From the NCBI GenBank assembly GCA_976226885.1, contig OZ320316.1, forward strand, positions 80,352,001 to 80,416,000: a stretch of DNA of 64,000 bases, given 5' to 3'. The notes under the pieces were generated by a model. It was given only the letters and a program-made list of their open reading frames with translations. It was not told the origin of the DNA and ran no database searches. Shown here piece by piece: positions 23,901-37,500 of this stretch; position 1 is the stretch's first letter, and the number at the start of each line of letters is the position of its first letter. Position numbers and translations under genes: made by a program. Origin of the DNA: Iphione sp. A-MEVVRFRX5 (Eukaryota).

Positions 23901-26900
23901 CACAGAATTGGCATTCAATGGCAATTACAATGTATAAAATTTAGGACCCACTGTACCTGAGAAGGAAAGGAAACTCTCCACAGCGCACATTTCATATTCT
24001 ATGAGGAACATGTTGCCAATTGATGAGCATGACAAATGGGCCATTTCGGTTAAATCAGTTTCACATGAGGGATTATGTACATGCACATGTATTCCCATTC
24101 TTTTGCCGTTGCGTAATTGGCGACAAGTTCCTTTTCACTGCCTAATGGGACACTCACGCCATGTATGGAGCATGTTTTCGCTTGCTAACTATTTACATAT
24201 GACCGTCTGGAACTGTTTAAGGTTACGTGTTAGTTCCATCATGAAAGCGGAGATGGAACGCTACATGTAGTCACTGTGACACAGCTGCATAGTGTTTAAA
24301 GAATTCCAGCAACTCCTCTTAAAAGAAAAATGACTTCAACAAATATTTCTGTCATCAAGGCAGTACGTGTATCTCAATACATTTTCTATTACAGCTATTT
24401 GATGTGAAAAAATTAGATTGAGTAAGCATGAAGGGGTAATAATATATTTTCTTAAAAGAGCACGTTGGGAACGTAAGAAATTACAAAAGCGTCACTAATC
24501 TTCACCTGAACATTGCTCCACCTTTGAAAGATTAATACCCATGTCTGGTATACAAAGAATGTGGGATACTACTGTTGTATAATCGCGCGCAGACCCAAAC
24601 ACAACATCTTCGAGTTACCGGTATGTTGACTCTAAAATACATTGCTATCAAATATCCTTTTCTAGATATATTATGAACCCACTGCTGTTGATGAAGCGTA
24701 AATTTGACATCCGCACGTACATGCTCCTCGCCAGCTCGCAACCGTTCGTTGTCCTCTATCACAAAGGCTATGTTCGGTTGTCAATGCACGAGTATGACAA
24801 CGATAGTGACAATCTCGTCGCTCATCTAACCAATCAGGTAAATATTTGGGCCTCAAAATCAAAGCGATAGCTTTTGGAAGATGAAAGTAGTTCGCAGTAC
24901 AGTTACCAGCCATTAAGGACTAGAGATTCGAGAAAAGAGCGTAAGTCGATGATAGTTCAATAATCTTTGTTCAGCTTATAGCAGTTGAAAAAGATATATG
25001 TGTGTGTGTGTGTTCAGGGAGGGCTTCAGTTCCACACCCATGGTGCTTTGAAACAACCAAGGCCTATATTTATTCGATGGGAATGTATAACAGTCAAAGA
25101 AATATTGAATGTGCTGTGACACTGTAGAACAGGAATGAAAATATACATGGAAACTGAGGATAAGTATCCTCGTATTTTGAATATGAACATTTATACAAAT
25201 CCCATTTGATTTGGTTGCGGGCAACCTTGTGATTCAGGAAATTCGAAGAAAGTCTAAATTAGAGTGCCATGATTATAGCAAGTCTGTAATGGAGTACATA
25301 ATTAACATACGTAGCTATTATACAGAATGACCATTTCTCCTTGTGGGGATCTTTGGGCGGTAAATTTACACTGGGTAGTTTGTTTCAGTTCCAGATACCT
25401 TGAGAATATGAAAGGTTCAACTGATCGAGAAAATTCCTTTCTGGACCACACATAGGCTTATTAATGATAATATTCAAGCCAGGGGTTAGATGATTGATAT
25501 TTCATGGATTGCTTTGATTTGAGGCACAAAACAAGATCATGATTGTGACTCACTGTGACTTGAACTTTTGTAAAATTCACTTGGCCATTATGAATAAACA
25601 GTCACATGATCTGTCAGGATATATATATATATATATCCATGTATATGAGACTTACAGAATAATCCAAAATGATAAATTAAAAGAATATGATTAAGGTTCA
25701 TAATTATGTGGTTGAGCATTTTTATTGAGATTATAATTTGAAGCATTTGATGACTGCTCACTGAAGAAAATGATGAGATCATTTTAGCAGGCATTTCAAA
25801 TACAGATATTATGTAATATTACATGATCATTATATTCGGTTAGCATATGATAAATACTGTCCTCTTTTAAATTTCGCCATCAAAACTGTCACGAAAATCA
25901 CAGCTTCTTTCACAAGAAGTTATTTATAGCTGATGTTTTCAAATTGACAATAATTTCTCTATTTTGGTAATATCCCATACCTCAAATGTACATCAATAAT
26001 GCCAGTGCTAATGCTGATGTACTACTTTGGGATGACACATGCCGAATTCCAGGCTCTGTAAAATGCATTTTCTTTATAATAGAACCAAGTAGGTGCCAAA
26101 CTGTAAGGGAAAAATTGCTAAACCATTTTCAAATAAGAAATTTTACCATAAAAGCAGTATTTAACCCTGTTTTTATAGATAATTTGCAAAATACTCTAAA
26201 TTGGTTGGAAATTTCTTGTGTAATATAGTCACTCTAATATAACCTGATTGCCATAAAAACCCAAAAGGAAACAAATGAATAACATTAAAATGAAGAAGAA
26301 TTCGTTACCTTCAAGAAAATGTATTATATGCCCATACTCAAAGCAAACTAAAATCCCCTGCGAGGAATATTTCTCTGAGTACAGTACATGTATTAGGTGT
26401 GAAGCCCTTACATTTTCTCGGTCCACAAGGAGTTAAGTCAGATTCTGTCAAATTCCCACCTTACACACAAAATATAGCAGTAAATGGTGCGCAATACGAC
26501 TTTGGTTAAAATTTATCATTTCGATTACTTTAATGACTACTTCATAATAAGCATGGTATTGTTTAATATCATAAACGACGCACGTATATCCACTAGAAAG
26601 TGATATGATAATGTTCATTATTGTTACTGTTTTTAGTTCATCCAAAAGAAAGATCCTCTTTATAAAGTCAACAAGGAAGAGACAGCCTGGAGTATGGACC
26701 GGTTTAATGACTACATTAACATCCATGTAGCACCAGAAAAGAACCTTGAGACAGACTGGGTCTACAACACACTTACAGTATGTCATTCTCCTCCATTTAT
26801 GGGTATATATCAGGCTCGTAGCCAAGGGGGTATCGAAGGTATCATCTGATACCTCCTCCCCACAAGAATTAATGCCTATAGGTATGCATAGAGATGTGTG

Positions 26901-28818
26901 CCAGAGTCCCACCTTTGGGGTACTGGGGGTATTATCTGATACGCCCCTTCAAACCATCCTGGCTACGGGCCTGTATATGAGTGAACATGTACATTGTGCA
27001 CATGCATTCAGTAGAACCTATGCCCCAGCAACCTTATTGTATGACGTATCTTATCAGCAATCTCATAGGCTCCTCTCTATATACATATTACTTATCATGC
27101 TCCCTGTTGTATAAGAAATATCCGTTTTATATATATTTAGGTGTTGTTTTGACTATAATAGAAATGTAATTGGATTCGTTTCTTTCCAGAATAAGATGAA
27201 GCAAATCTCTCTATACGCATTCCATAGCGCTAAGGCTAGGCTACAAACTAAAATAGGCTACTTCGAGCTCTACGGTTTGGACTTCATGGTTGACGATAAT
27301 ATGAAGGTGTGTACCAGATAAAGAGATAGCAGGTGATGCGAGATGATAAATAATATAGGGCGTCGAAAACCGCCCACTTTTGGAAGGATGTCCAAATCTA
27401 TATAATTTTATCAAGTATTTCAGAGAAATTATTTTATAAAGGTTTGATGGTCATGTGTATGTGTTTTAAAGTTTCCACATCATTCAAGTGACGAAACTGT
27501 CTTAAAACGTTCCCTTTCATTTATAACAAATACAATTCTTATGAATGATACAAATCATCATTCTTCAAAGTATAGTTCAGCTATTACGGCAAGTACACAT
27601 ATTTCTTTTTGTACAGGTGTATCTCATTGAAATCAATGTTAACCCTTGTTTGGCAATCAACTGCGAAGCCCTCAAAGAAGTAGTGCCGGGAGTAGTCAGA
27701 GAATCTCTATGTAGGTATCCTATTCCGTAATAAGATAATTCAGACTGGCTTTATACATATGTATTTTATATTAGCCACTTACTATCAAATCCAAATGGCG
27801 ATTCTGTTGGGCGCTTGGTCCCCCTGAATAACAACCTCGGTGAACTTTCCTTGAATTGTATACATGAAAAATGGTGTTTATGTCGTAGCTTTTCTCTGAA
27901 AAGGCTTCATGTTTATTATTTTGCTTCATATATGTATTTTTGTTTCGGTCAGACTTATCCATAGAATGTTTCGAGAAGAACCGCAAGGGACGCCCCATTA
28001 TGCCCCTACAGTCACTCCGTAATTTCACCGTCCTCTATAACGGAAGTCCGAAGCTTAAACCCACGCCCCCCACCTCGGCCAGTCCGACACGATCCCTTTC
28101 GACGGGTCCTAGTCGACAGTCGAGCCCGGCGGAGACCCGGGCACCCAGCAGTGCAGCAGGAGTTAGCCTCGGAGGTACATCTTCCGCTGAGGCCGGTGGA
28201 AGGGCGGGCGTCACATCGACGACACACGTCCGGCGATCCAAGAGCTTGTCGCCGGCCAAGGAGCACACGTCGGCGCCGGCGTCGGGAACAAATACGGGAA
28301 CGGGATCGGCGTCGGGATCGGCCGGTCTCATCTGCATACAGAGCCTGGACTCTTTCGACCCATCGGGCGCCGACGCTTTGGTGAGGCGCGGTGGGCGTGG
28401 CGCGCGCCACCGATCGTCGGTACCGTTCCAACCCGCCCAGCGTGGCGTGGCGCCTAAAGCGACCAGCACTATCGCGGGCTCTGGCTTCCGGAAGAGTACG
28501 TTCCCTGCGCTCGTCGACGCGCCAACATCGGCGTCGGCATCAGGCGGCATGTTCGGTCCGAAGGTGGCCTCGCCCGTCTCGGCCGACCCCGTACGCCTGA
28601 AGATGACGCACGCGGCGCAGGACCAGACAAAGCGACCTCGCAGTCGGACACGTGGCGCTCTCATAAGCGTCAACGGGGTGGGTGGCTTTACCAGATCGAA
28701 CATGGACAGTGGCGCCACTGCAACCAGTGGCACCAAAAGTGCCGCAGGTGCCGGTGCGGAGGAGTCGCCAGCAGAACTGACCGTCGTCTCCTCAACGAAA
28801 ATGAGTCGAGGCAGCTGA
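17641..28818 (+). CDS. TTLL10: Tubulin glycylase TTLL10 orthologue (spliced gene; model uses the 17641-17971 first exon, 783 aa)
   Basis: Exons 17641-17971, 20100-20247, 20582-20907, 23085-23241, 24666-24837, 26637-26777, 27190-27306, 27617-27710, 27953-28818 all have GT-AG ends and join in frame (2352 nt). Recognisable TTLL10 motifs: [129 protein letters not shown]. The choice of first exon is uncertain. Confidence 0.93.
19054..19270 (+). CDS. Candidate alternative first exon ([14 protein letters not shown]...[10 protein letters not shown])
   Basis: In-frame TAG at 19039-19041, ATG at 19054, 72 codons, phase-1 donor CAG|gtagat; nearest candidate to the common acceptor at 20100. Confidence 0.55.
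20100..20247 (+). CDS. TTLL10: TTLL10 first common exon (phase 1 to phase 2)
   Basis: Acceptor ctcttgcag|G; translation ..[14 protein letters not shown]; donor CT|gtgagt. Confidence 0.9.
20582..20907 (+). CDS. TTLL10: TTLL10 exon, start of TTL domain
   Basis: ttgcag|[26 protein letters not shown]...[23 protein letters not shown]|gtagct. Confidence 0.93.
21280..22060 (+). mobile_element. Decayed CR1/L2-type LINE RT 3' fragment in a TTLL10 intron
   Basis: [47 protein letters not shown] (YADD motif region) and [11 protein letters not shown] near the 3' end; broken by stops and frameshifts. Confidence 0.75.
22513..22800. repeat. Two diverged direct repeats (about 80 bp, about 205 bp apart), each containing a TGATGTCA...TGACATCA inverted repeat
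   Basis: acaatgatgtcag..tgcaatgacatcaac.tataat...aga.aaacagag at 22513 and 22718. Confidence 0.75.
23085..23241 (+). CDS. TTLL10: TTLL10 exon, ATP-grasp loop
   Basis: tttgaag|[22 protein letters not shown]...NRIIQ AG|gtcagt. Confidence 0.93.
24666..24837 (+). CDS. TTLL10: TTLL10 exon
   Basis: tctag|[22 protein letters not shown]...HLTNQ|gtaaat. Confidence 0.93.
26637..26777 (+). CDS. TTLL10: TTLL10 exon
   Basis: ttttag|[47 protein letters not shown]|gtatgt. Confidence 0.93.
26811..26973 (-). mobile_element. 163-bp MITE, second copy, in a TTLL10 intron
   Basis: Ends caggctcgtagcca ... tggctacgggcctg; same length and internal motifs (gggtatc, taccccc.ataccccc) as 14438-14600. Confidence 0.8.
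27190..27306 (+). CDS. TTLL10: TTLL10 exon
   Basis: tttccag|[39 protein letters not shown]|gtgtgt. Confidence 0.93.
27617..27710 (+). CDS. TTLL10: TTLL10 exon
   Basis: tgtacag|[32 protein letters not shown]|gtaggt. Confidence 0.93.
27953..28818 (+). CDS. TTLL10: TTLL10 terminal exon: end of TTL domain plus Ser/Ala/Gly/Thr-rich tail
   Basis: cggtcag|[33 protein letters not shown], then about 255 low-complexity residues to TGA at 28816-28818. Confidence 0.9.
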
Positions 28819-29577
28819 CTGTTGGAGCCCAAGCTTGATCCAACCTCAGTCTGACGCTTTCATATGACTGCAAACAGGATACGCTCACTAGCTAACAAAG
28901 AGCCGCCAATCTCCGTGTGAATGAAGAGACCCACACTTAAAAAGATATCAATTCCGCGTCGGTCTAGTCTCTAAACACCTATATATAGGACATTGGACTA
29001 AACTGAAATTGACCAATATTTCACCTGTGCCACCTAGCTACATTATGGCTAACTACTAACATCTTATGCTCTGCTCTTGTAACACTGAAGTAGCCTATCC
29101 TAATCTATACATGTTTAAATACAATTCAGTTATTTTCGCACTTTGAACCTCTTCCTTACATAACTTTCATATTAAATCCAAATCAAGAAAGACTGTCGGG
29201 TCATTGTAAAAAGTAAATGCAAGGATGAAGTACTGAAAACTTTACATCATGATATATGCAGAAGGACGAATCTTGGCGGAGATAGAGATTTCAATGCAAT
29301 TGCTAGAAAAACGAGAAATTCCTTTTCATTTCCTCCTTCATGTATATCAGTCACCATGTCCGAGTAGGTGCACTCTGTACATATTTTGATGTCACTCACA
29401 CGTACAATTAAAATGGTCGCTGTGATATATCTAGTCTTTCATCAGTCAATGAAGGAAATTCCTAAAAGTACTGTATACTCCATCCTTTCTATAGCATAAA
29501 GACAATTTAACAATCTCACTTCTCGTCTGAAATATAATTGCATCAAAAGGAATTATTTGCTGTTTTATAACTATATA

Positions 29578-29755
29578 CAGTAGCAACTCATCGTGCGGTC
29601 AACTCAAATTGCTGGGCAACTGAGAGTTAAAGGCAATTATTCTAGACCCAATATTATATAATATAGAACAAAAAACGATCCTCTGCTAAGGGCAACTCCG
29701 CAATTAAGGGCAGAATTAGCTCTTCCCTGGTGGTCGCATTAGAGGGTTGCCACTG
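29578..29755. mobile_element. 178-bp Tc1/mariner-type MITE with TA flanks
   Basis: TA-cagtagcaactc ... gggttgccactg-TA; internal gggcaact repeats; related copy at 41015-41170. Confidence 0.7.
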
Positions 29756-31508
29756 TACTCCTGATTCCTTACCACTTCTATAATCCTGTGGGTTTACAAT
29801 TTACTATTTGTCCTTAAAACATGTCCGAATACATCAGTATTATGCAGTACAATGTACAGTAGACAGCGTCACTTTTCCACCATGGGTGTGCAAGTGCCTA
29901 TCTTTACAGATCACCCTTTCCATAAAAATCATACGTACTTTTCCACAAAACCGTTACGTACTGATAGATAAAAAGATTTTCTGTGCACACTGCATTTTTG
30001 AATCAGAAGTAAGCGCTGAGATACACTGAAATTAATACTTGACCAGGACTACTCGTCACAAAGTCTTACAGGTTGAAGGTTGTAAAATCCTTATCATCAA
30101 TCTGGTATAAATCCTTGTCTGGTGGTATGTGTTGCATGGGTTGTTCTGATTCACTTCACCTGTTCATTTGCATTTGGTATATAGTAATCTTATTTGTTCT
30201 TTTCATCAAGTTCGTGAACTGAAACCGTACAATGTGATGTACTCTTTATTTGGAATCAATAAATCAAAAGCCAACATCAGTAGAGGGAGTTTTATTGTGA
30301 TAAAAGTGCAATACAAAAAGTGCCTGCTTGGAATTTCTATACTAAATTAACGCCTTTGATGGCACGATAGAAACCGTCTTCGGATATTTCATTAAAGATT
30401 TTTTTCCTTGATGCCTAAAAAATGAGTATTTTGAAAGACTGAAAATAAATCGTGATTCAAAATGTAAGACTTACTTTTGACCATATTCTATATTCACATT
30501 CTGAAGCCAACAGGAATATATGTTTTTGGAATAAATAGCTTTCTCACCAAAATCTTAATACTTGGCATACAGGTTCTTAAAGTATTTGACACATCTGATT
30601 TGGTAATGTAAGATTATATATTCCGATTATAAACAATTTTAAGATTTTGCTTTAAAAATGGCACGCAACAACGATGCCTTCTGTAATAATTTGGTTCTTA
30701 ATCTCAACCTTAACTGTGCACAAGAAAACTTATCCAGCCGGTGTAAAGCACCAAGGTTCAATCACGATGCAAACTATTGCACTTCCCAACAAACATGATT
30801 TGGGGACACTTGGATTAACATTATGACAGACAGTTTCACTCCTGTGACCCACACTTCGGTATTATGTGAATATCGTTCAAGTCTGGGTTGTAGTTGCCCG
30901 GTTAGAACCAGTAGCAAGAAACAAAGTTTTGATTTTTGTGGTGAAAAGGTAAGCACTTTGAACCATACATGACATACGGTTTGCCATCACAGAGTTTTAC
31001 GAACACGCATTTGAATATGTGACAGGAAGGCCAATACTCCTTCTCCCTCAGTTTCCAGAGAATGTGGTAGGGTATCTAATAATATATATTGTCAGTTTAT
31101 GTCTTATTTTCATGTTCATTGACAAGGTGAGCGTAATACATATATATATTTGTGAAAGTCTAGCGGGTATGTATATCAGGGTAAATTACTAGAAGGTAAT
31201 CAACTATGCAACCATCGATCGTTACATGTTATCACAGGTAACTCTTAGAACATCATACGTTTTTTTTCGTATCACAGCTCCTCAAGAAAATCCGTTTGCG
31301 CAGGCATGGCCAAAGCAAAATAATCTCGTTGTAAAATAAGAGGTATACAAATTATATACCTCGGAGGCAACAGACCCATACAACAGCTGACTCATGTTAT
31401 AGAAACAAAAACAATATATCTTTACGTAAATATATGTACACTTTCGCTATCAATACTAGATCTTGACTTGGTCAGTGATCTTATTTGACGAGCTTTGCCG
31501 GATACCAC

Positions 31509-34500
31509 CTATTTGTCTTGTCTCTCGAGCTGCCTCTCTGTGGATCCATTTTCCTCCTCCAGCCAACTGGAAGCAGCAAGGGAGGCATGACTCAGTGAGG
31601 ATAACATATGCTCCGTAATTTTGTATGGTTTCGAGCAAGAGATAATGACGAGTAGATGAACAGATCAATCTTACTTGGTTCTAACATGATTATATATCAT
31701 ATGTTATTAGCAGGAAGAGTAATGCCCTAATACAGCAAGATTGTTTTTTCAGAACTTTGATTTTTAAGAGCAATGGTGTTATTACACAAATACATGTATG
31801 ATAAGTAAATATTTGTCCATGGCGACTTTCAGATCATTCGTAGCTGTAAATAAAAAGTTCTAACACTTACTCAGAGCAAGGGAAAACTATTTCTTCCTGT
31901 GCATCCTTCGACTCCTTGACAATGACTTTGTCCAGGTGCCAGCCCGCACCGGCACCCTTCTGGTCGTGGCCTATGGTGACCCTCTCTATATCTCCGAGAT
32001 CAATGGCCTCTAGTGTGAAGGTGTCCGTCTATACAAGAAGAAAAGGGCATGTAAGTAATTGCATATGCTGTTCTATGAAATATTACTTTGTCGATGAGAG
32101 GGAGGAACCTATAATACATTAATCCTTGGCATTAGATATTAAGACCGTCTGTGTCTATGTTCCTAATTAATAAAAGTCATATACATGTCCCAGTTTATAC
32201 AACGACCTCTAATATATGTATGGGAAAAGGATAGCTCTTTCGTCTCTATAGGAAAAGAAAAAGTGTAAACAGGTTAGCGTCATTTATGCACATGTAATAG
32301 CATCCGATATATTGGACACGTACTTACTAGCAATGCCTTTTCCCTTCAAACCATTTATTGCTGAGATGGAAAAGCGATACATGTATTGTTTCCCCAACGT
32401 TTCAATCAAGGTCAAGTTATCAACCCTGTGGTTATTACCTTGCCTCCTTCGAACTTATCCCGTCCTTCCTCGTTTTTGCGCAGGTAACGTTTTCCTGAGT
32501 CACCTTTCTTGCCGTGAAGTGTGATATAGACACTGGCATCTGTTCCTGCACCCACCTTTTCACCAGTCACCGTTTGTACCTGGTACTTCGTCACTGAAAG
32601 ACGAAAACTCGCTTGTTACATCAACTTCTGCTCCGTCCCTTCCAGCTCTTTAACACCTCTAAAGGGGATAATTCTTATTTGGTAGAAGTGCATTATTCAG
32701 TCCTGAAAACGCATTAATGTTGATATTATTTAGTTATCTTTTCTATTTTGTTGCTGTCTGGGACAGTATGTGAAAGATGGACCACACACAACATACAATT
32801 TCATCATTGTGTAGAATTTTAGTGCCTTGCATGTAGGTGGATCTAAACGTCTTTGAGGGAGAGGATTTGGCCAAACTCCCCTTCTCCCGTTGTTTTTATG
32901 GGCATGTATGCAGTGATACGTACATAAAGTTACTGCAAGAACTATCGGCAAAGATGCATCTTATCTAGTTTAAATCAAAATGATACAAATCTAAATTAGG
33001 TGTAAATGAAAACTTGGCCTGAAGGTATCTGGAGCATGATAATTTCTTTGCGAACAGACATACTAAAAGGAGTGAGTTTAAGGAAAGGTCAATCACTTCT
33101 GGAAAATCCAAATATTGAATGAATACATGCTCGCTCTATGTTGAGTAATGAGCGTTTAGCACCTGGCAGCGGGTCCTCTCCAGGCCACGTGGCGGCCACT
33201 TCACGCACTACATCGCCATCTTCCTCGTCGTCACACAACCAGCGATCCAACTTGAACTCAAGGTCTTCCCTTTCTTTGTCGTACAGGTCAACAAGAACAA
33301 TCTTGTCTACTCTCCAGCCACTCGCTGAGCCACTGTTGTCGTGTTCAATGCGGATTTTGCGTATCTTGCCCACGCGGACAGGACTTATTCTCACCTACGA
33401 CCAGAGAACGATTCGATTTGCTAGGGATCAATAGCATTGTTTGTCATCTTCCACGCCAAAATAACGGAAGAAGTGGAAAGGGAAACATCGAAATGTCATC
33501 CGTTATACCGAACGTGGTGATTCTCCTGTTCATCGTGTAAATACGTGCGAATCATAGCAGCACTGCGTAGCAGAATAATCCCGATTTGATTTTTTTTGGT
33601 ATGAATTAACCGAGAATCTACTCAAGTAGCTTACACTCTATGTGAACAACACGGATGGAAAAGTATAGATGACATTACTGTTGGACATACCCTGAACTCA
33701 TCCGTGCTACCATCCTCGAAGAGCTTCTTTTCTGCCTTGTCACTGGTTTTATCCTTCTCTGCATCGTCAGGATTGCTGTTTTCCCTGGCCGCTTGCTCGG
33801 CCGCCTCGGCGTTCAAAGGGAGCGGCTTCGAGCTACCCTTGTCCCCGAAGACTGTCAGGGTCACCTTGGCATCTGTACCGCTGCTTGCGCCATCACTCGT
33901 TTTCACCAGCACCTTGAAGTCTCCATCTGTGAAAGAAACGTTTCCAGTTGCTATATTTGCAGAGATGTGTGAGGAGTGTTTTTATTTGCAGCTCAACATA
34001 GCAGGAGATTGTATTAAAGTTCTGGCTTATTTAAATCAGCCTTGGTGGTTGGACAGACTTGGAGATGTTAGAACGAATGCTTAAGCTTGCATTAGAGTTA
34101 TATTTCCATAGGAAGAAGCATGTATATAGCATATGGAGCGAAAAACTGTATTTACAATTTCCCGAGTACTGATAAACTAGAACTACGAAGCGACGGCCTT
34201 TCTGTTAAAATATGACAAGTCTAAACAATTCACCGTTCACTTTTGGCTGGATAACTACACCCACCCAGAGCCACCCCTAACACTACATTCGGCATAGACA
34301 ACCTGCAGGTTCCAAAGCCTCTTCAATGTTAAAAGAACCATCTTTGACTGCTTATAACTTAGAATCTATTGGATGGAAACATACCAAAATTGCTATGAGC
34401 CATTGTTAATATACCCGCTTTATACATACAAAAGAAAATAATTGTATCGGTAATATTAACAGACGTATTTAACCTTCCCATAGAATCCTATGCTAAGCAG

Positions 34501-37500
34501 TTTTGTTTGTCTATAGTGTAAATTCTCATGCTTCCTGAGAGATGCGCTTTGATTGGCCAGACTCAACTGCCCCTCAAAAAATGTGATCGGTGAATTCTAA
34601 GAAAGAAGCGGCACCGTGTATTCACTCAAATAATCTTTCCGTTATTATTGTCAGAAAGCGTCAAACAAACAAAACAATGTATTGATAATGTGATTAGGGT
34701 TGTTTAACACGTTTAGCAAGTTATGCGACATAAAGCGAACATTATTGCAATAAAAATATAACTCGTGTGTTATCCCAATCCACGCTGGTCAGGGCGTGAT
34801 GGTTAATACAAGAGTAAGGGGGGTCTTTCCACGCATGCAGGTTGTATGGCCCTGTACAGGGGGCCTGGTAGTCTATGCCACTATGCTCTATGAGACTATG
34901 CCCATATACGGGGGTTGTATGGACATGCATGTGGGTCCGGTCAGACCGCTACCGTACAGTCGCTCCACAGCCGCATGCGTGTCCTTACTGACCTGCACAC
35001 AGGGAAAAGGCCCCCTAACATCAACAACTTTACATTACTGAGGTAAACTCCCTGGTCTTAAGAACGCCTAAGGAGATGTGGACCAATGCACAAACCCTGG
35101 GTAGACGGCGGATCACTGTCAAGGTCTTGTGCTTCCATTTCGCCATAAAGACTCACCAACTGCGGCCGTGTCAAACTAAGGAGGGCTGCACCGAGAGGGA
35201 AACTGAGTAGTGGTGCAACGTTTCATCATATTAGGAATCACTACCTGTACAAAGTCTACTACTTACAAACCTAACTTAATCGACATACTGTTAACATCCC
35301 AAATGGGGAATAATTGTGAACATCGTTAACTATAAAAGAAAAATATATGGATGCAAAGAATGCTGATAAAGGATAATGCTACAACTGGGAAGGAAAGCAA
35401 TGTACTGAAATGTCGTTATTGTTGTAAGGTCTGACCTAAAGAAGAAATACAGCGTCTAAGATTAACATGAGCTAACGGTGCAAGAAGAGTACTGGTGCTT
35501 GGCAAAGGCTTGTTCTTGCTACATCTCGACGGTTCTTGTGTGAACACCTACCGTTCACATCTTCCGAGTCGTCCAATACATCCGTTAATTCGAGGGACCG
35601 CTCCAGGGCTCCGTCGTCTTCGCCTTCATCCATCCATCTATGGAAGGAGGAAAAGCCATCGTTTGCCAAGATTAGAGCTTCTATTTTCTCTGGTGTGTGT
35701 AAGAACATCTCATGGGAGGCCAGGCCAGCAACTTCTAAACCACTTAACATTGCCATTTGTTGTTATACAACTGAGGACATGGCTAGTGTATTTTTGAAAG
35801 GTACAAATTCAGGTAGCCGTTCGGGTTTTGAGTTTATTCTTAGACTGACATAAGACTTTGCAGTAGACCACATACTCTGCAAACATGGTCTTCCAAGGGT
35901 CCATTTAAGTTGAAAATGGGCCCTACTGCACTGATAGGTTCTAAGCTTCAGTCTGAAGGTAGACTGAACTAGTCACCTCCTGCACGTCTTGTGGACGCTA
36001 TAATTGGACTGAGCTGAATCAAGTGCGAATATCACGCATGGAGATGTGCATTTAAGTGTGGTATTTTGCCTCCGTGTGTGACAACACGAAGAAGCCCTTG
36101 CTATATCGGCATGGATATAAAACGTTCATAAGATGCAGTAATATGTGGGGTACCTGTCACAGTCGAAGACGTATTTTTTGCTGGCCGTTTCCGACTCCTT
36201 GATGATGACCTTCTCTAAGAACCAGCCTGAGCCGAAACCCTGGCCATCATGACCGATGACCACGCGCACGAGATCCGACAAATCTACAGCCTCCACGTTG
36301 AAAATATCCACCTTGAAATACACAAGAACAGATTTCATAGTATATTTCGGATAAGTGTGATATCACACTACCTCATGGGGAGAAGCATCATACATCTACC
36401 ACTAACATTTCCAGGATTCCAAGCCACCCACACCTCGTGGGTATCATGTGCATTGTGGGCACCTCACCCTCGAACTTGCCCACGTGGTTTAACTAATGTA
36501 TTATTCACTTTCATTTGATTACCCCAGCTAAGATTGTTTGAATATTTACTTTCAACTGTATTTGGATTTCCATACCAAGGTAGGCCTGCATTTTATGGTA
36601 GCTTTTACGTAAACTACTTTATCTATTTTACGATACATCTCCTTTCATACGTTACAGATATTTCCTTAGTTATGTACTTGTAACTAACCCTGTGAGGAAT
36701 ACACATCGAGGTGATAGTGAATTAAAAATATTAGAGAAAAGATCAACTATGGAGTATACCATGCCGTTCTCGAACATTCTGCCGTCTGTTAATGTGTGCA
36801 ATAACCGCCGACGTCCAGTGTCGCCCCGCTCGCCATACACCTCAAGGTAAACGTTCGCATCAGTGCCTGACCCGGGCGTGTAGCCCGTGTGGGTTTCCAC
36901 CACGTACGTACGAACTGAATAATGAACAGCAGAGGGGGGCTGAGGGATATCTACTGATAAATTAATACAACGTATATGTATATCGGGTAAACGTGGATCG
37001 CACTACACACATGCACAGCTCTTGGAAGCGGTTGAAGACCTCAGTGCGAATACTATCTCAAGTAAACGTTAACTTGCATCTCAGAAATACAAACCGTCTT
37101 CCATATACCACTTACAGAAAGATGCAAGTAGAGGAACATTTTTCTTAGGTAAAAAAAAATCTTGAGGTAAGTTACAACTTAACAGATTGCCTTACCAGGT
37201 AGCTGGTTTTCTTCCTTGGCTTCACGAACAGGAAGCTCTGTCCAGCCGTCCCTCTCGGCATTTCTCACCACGCTGACACCACCTGCGTCGAAGTAATACT
37301 TTTCCTTGGTCTCCATACAACGCATAGACACCTGTTGGTAATTAAAATAGGAGACGGACAATAAATCAAACTTAACATGGAGAATAACACGTATTCTCTA
37401 CCACACCGTAATTCAAGAGAAGGTAAAGCAAATTACAGAAAGCATTGATGTGCCAAAGAAGTGCTAAGAAAACGTATATGTGACACATGTTGTGCCTCAA

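Noticed and set aside
28035-28832. 265-aa antisense ORF and other overlapping ORFs over the TTLL10 last exon
   Set aside because: Expected shadow of a GC-rich, stop-poor coding exon; no motifs or independent splice context.
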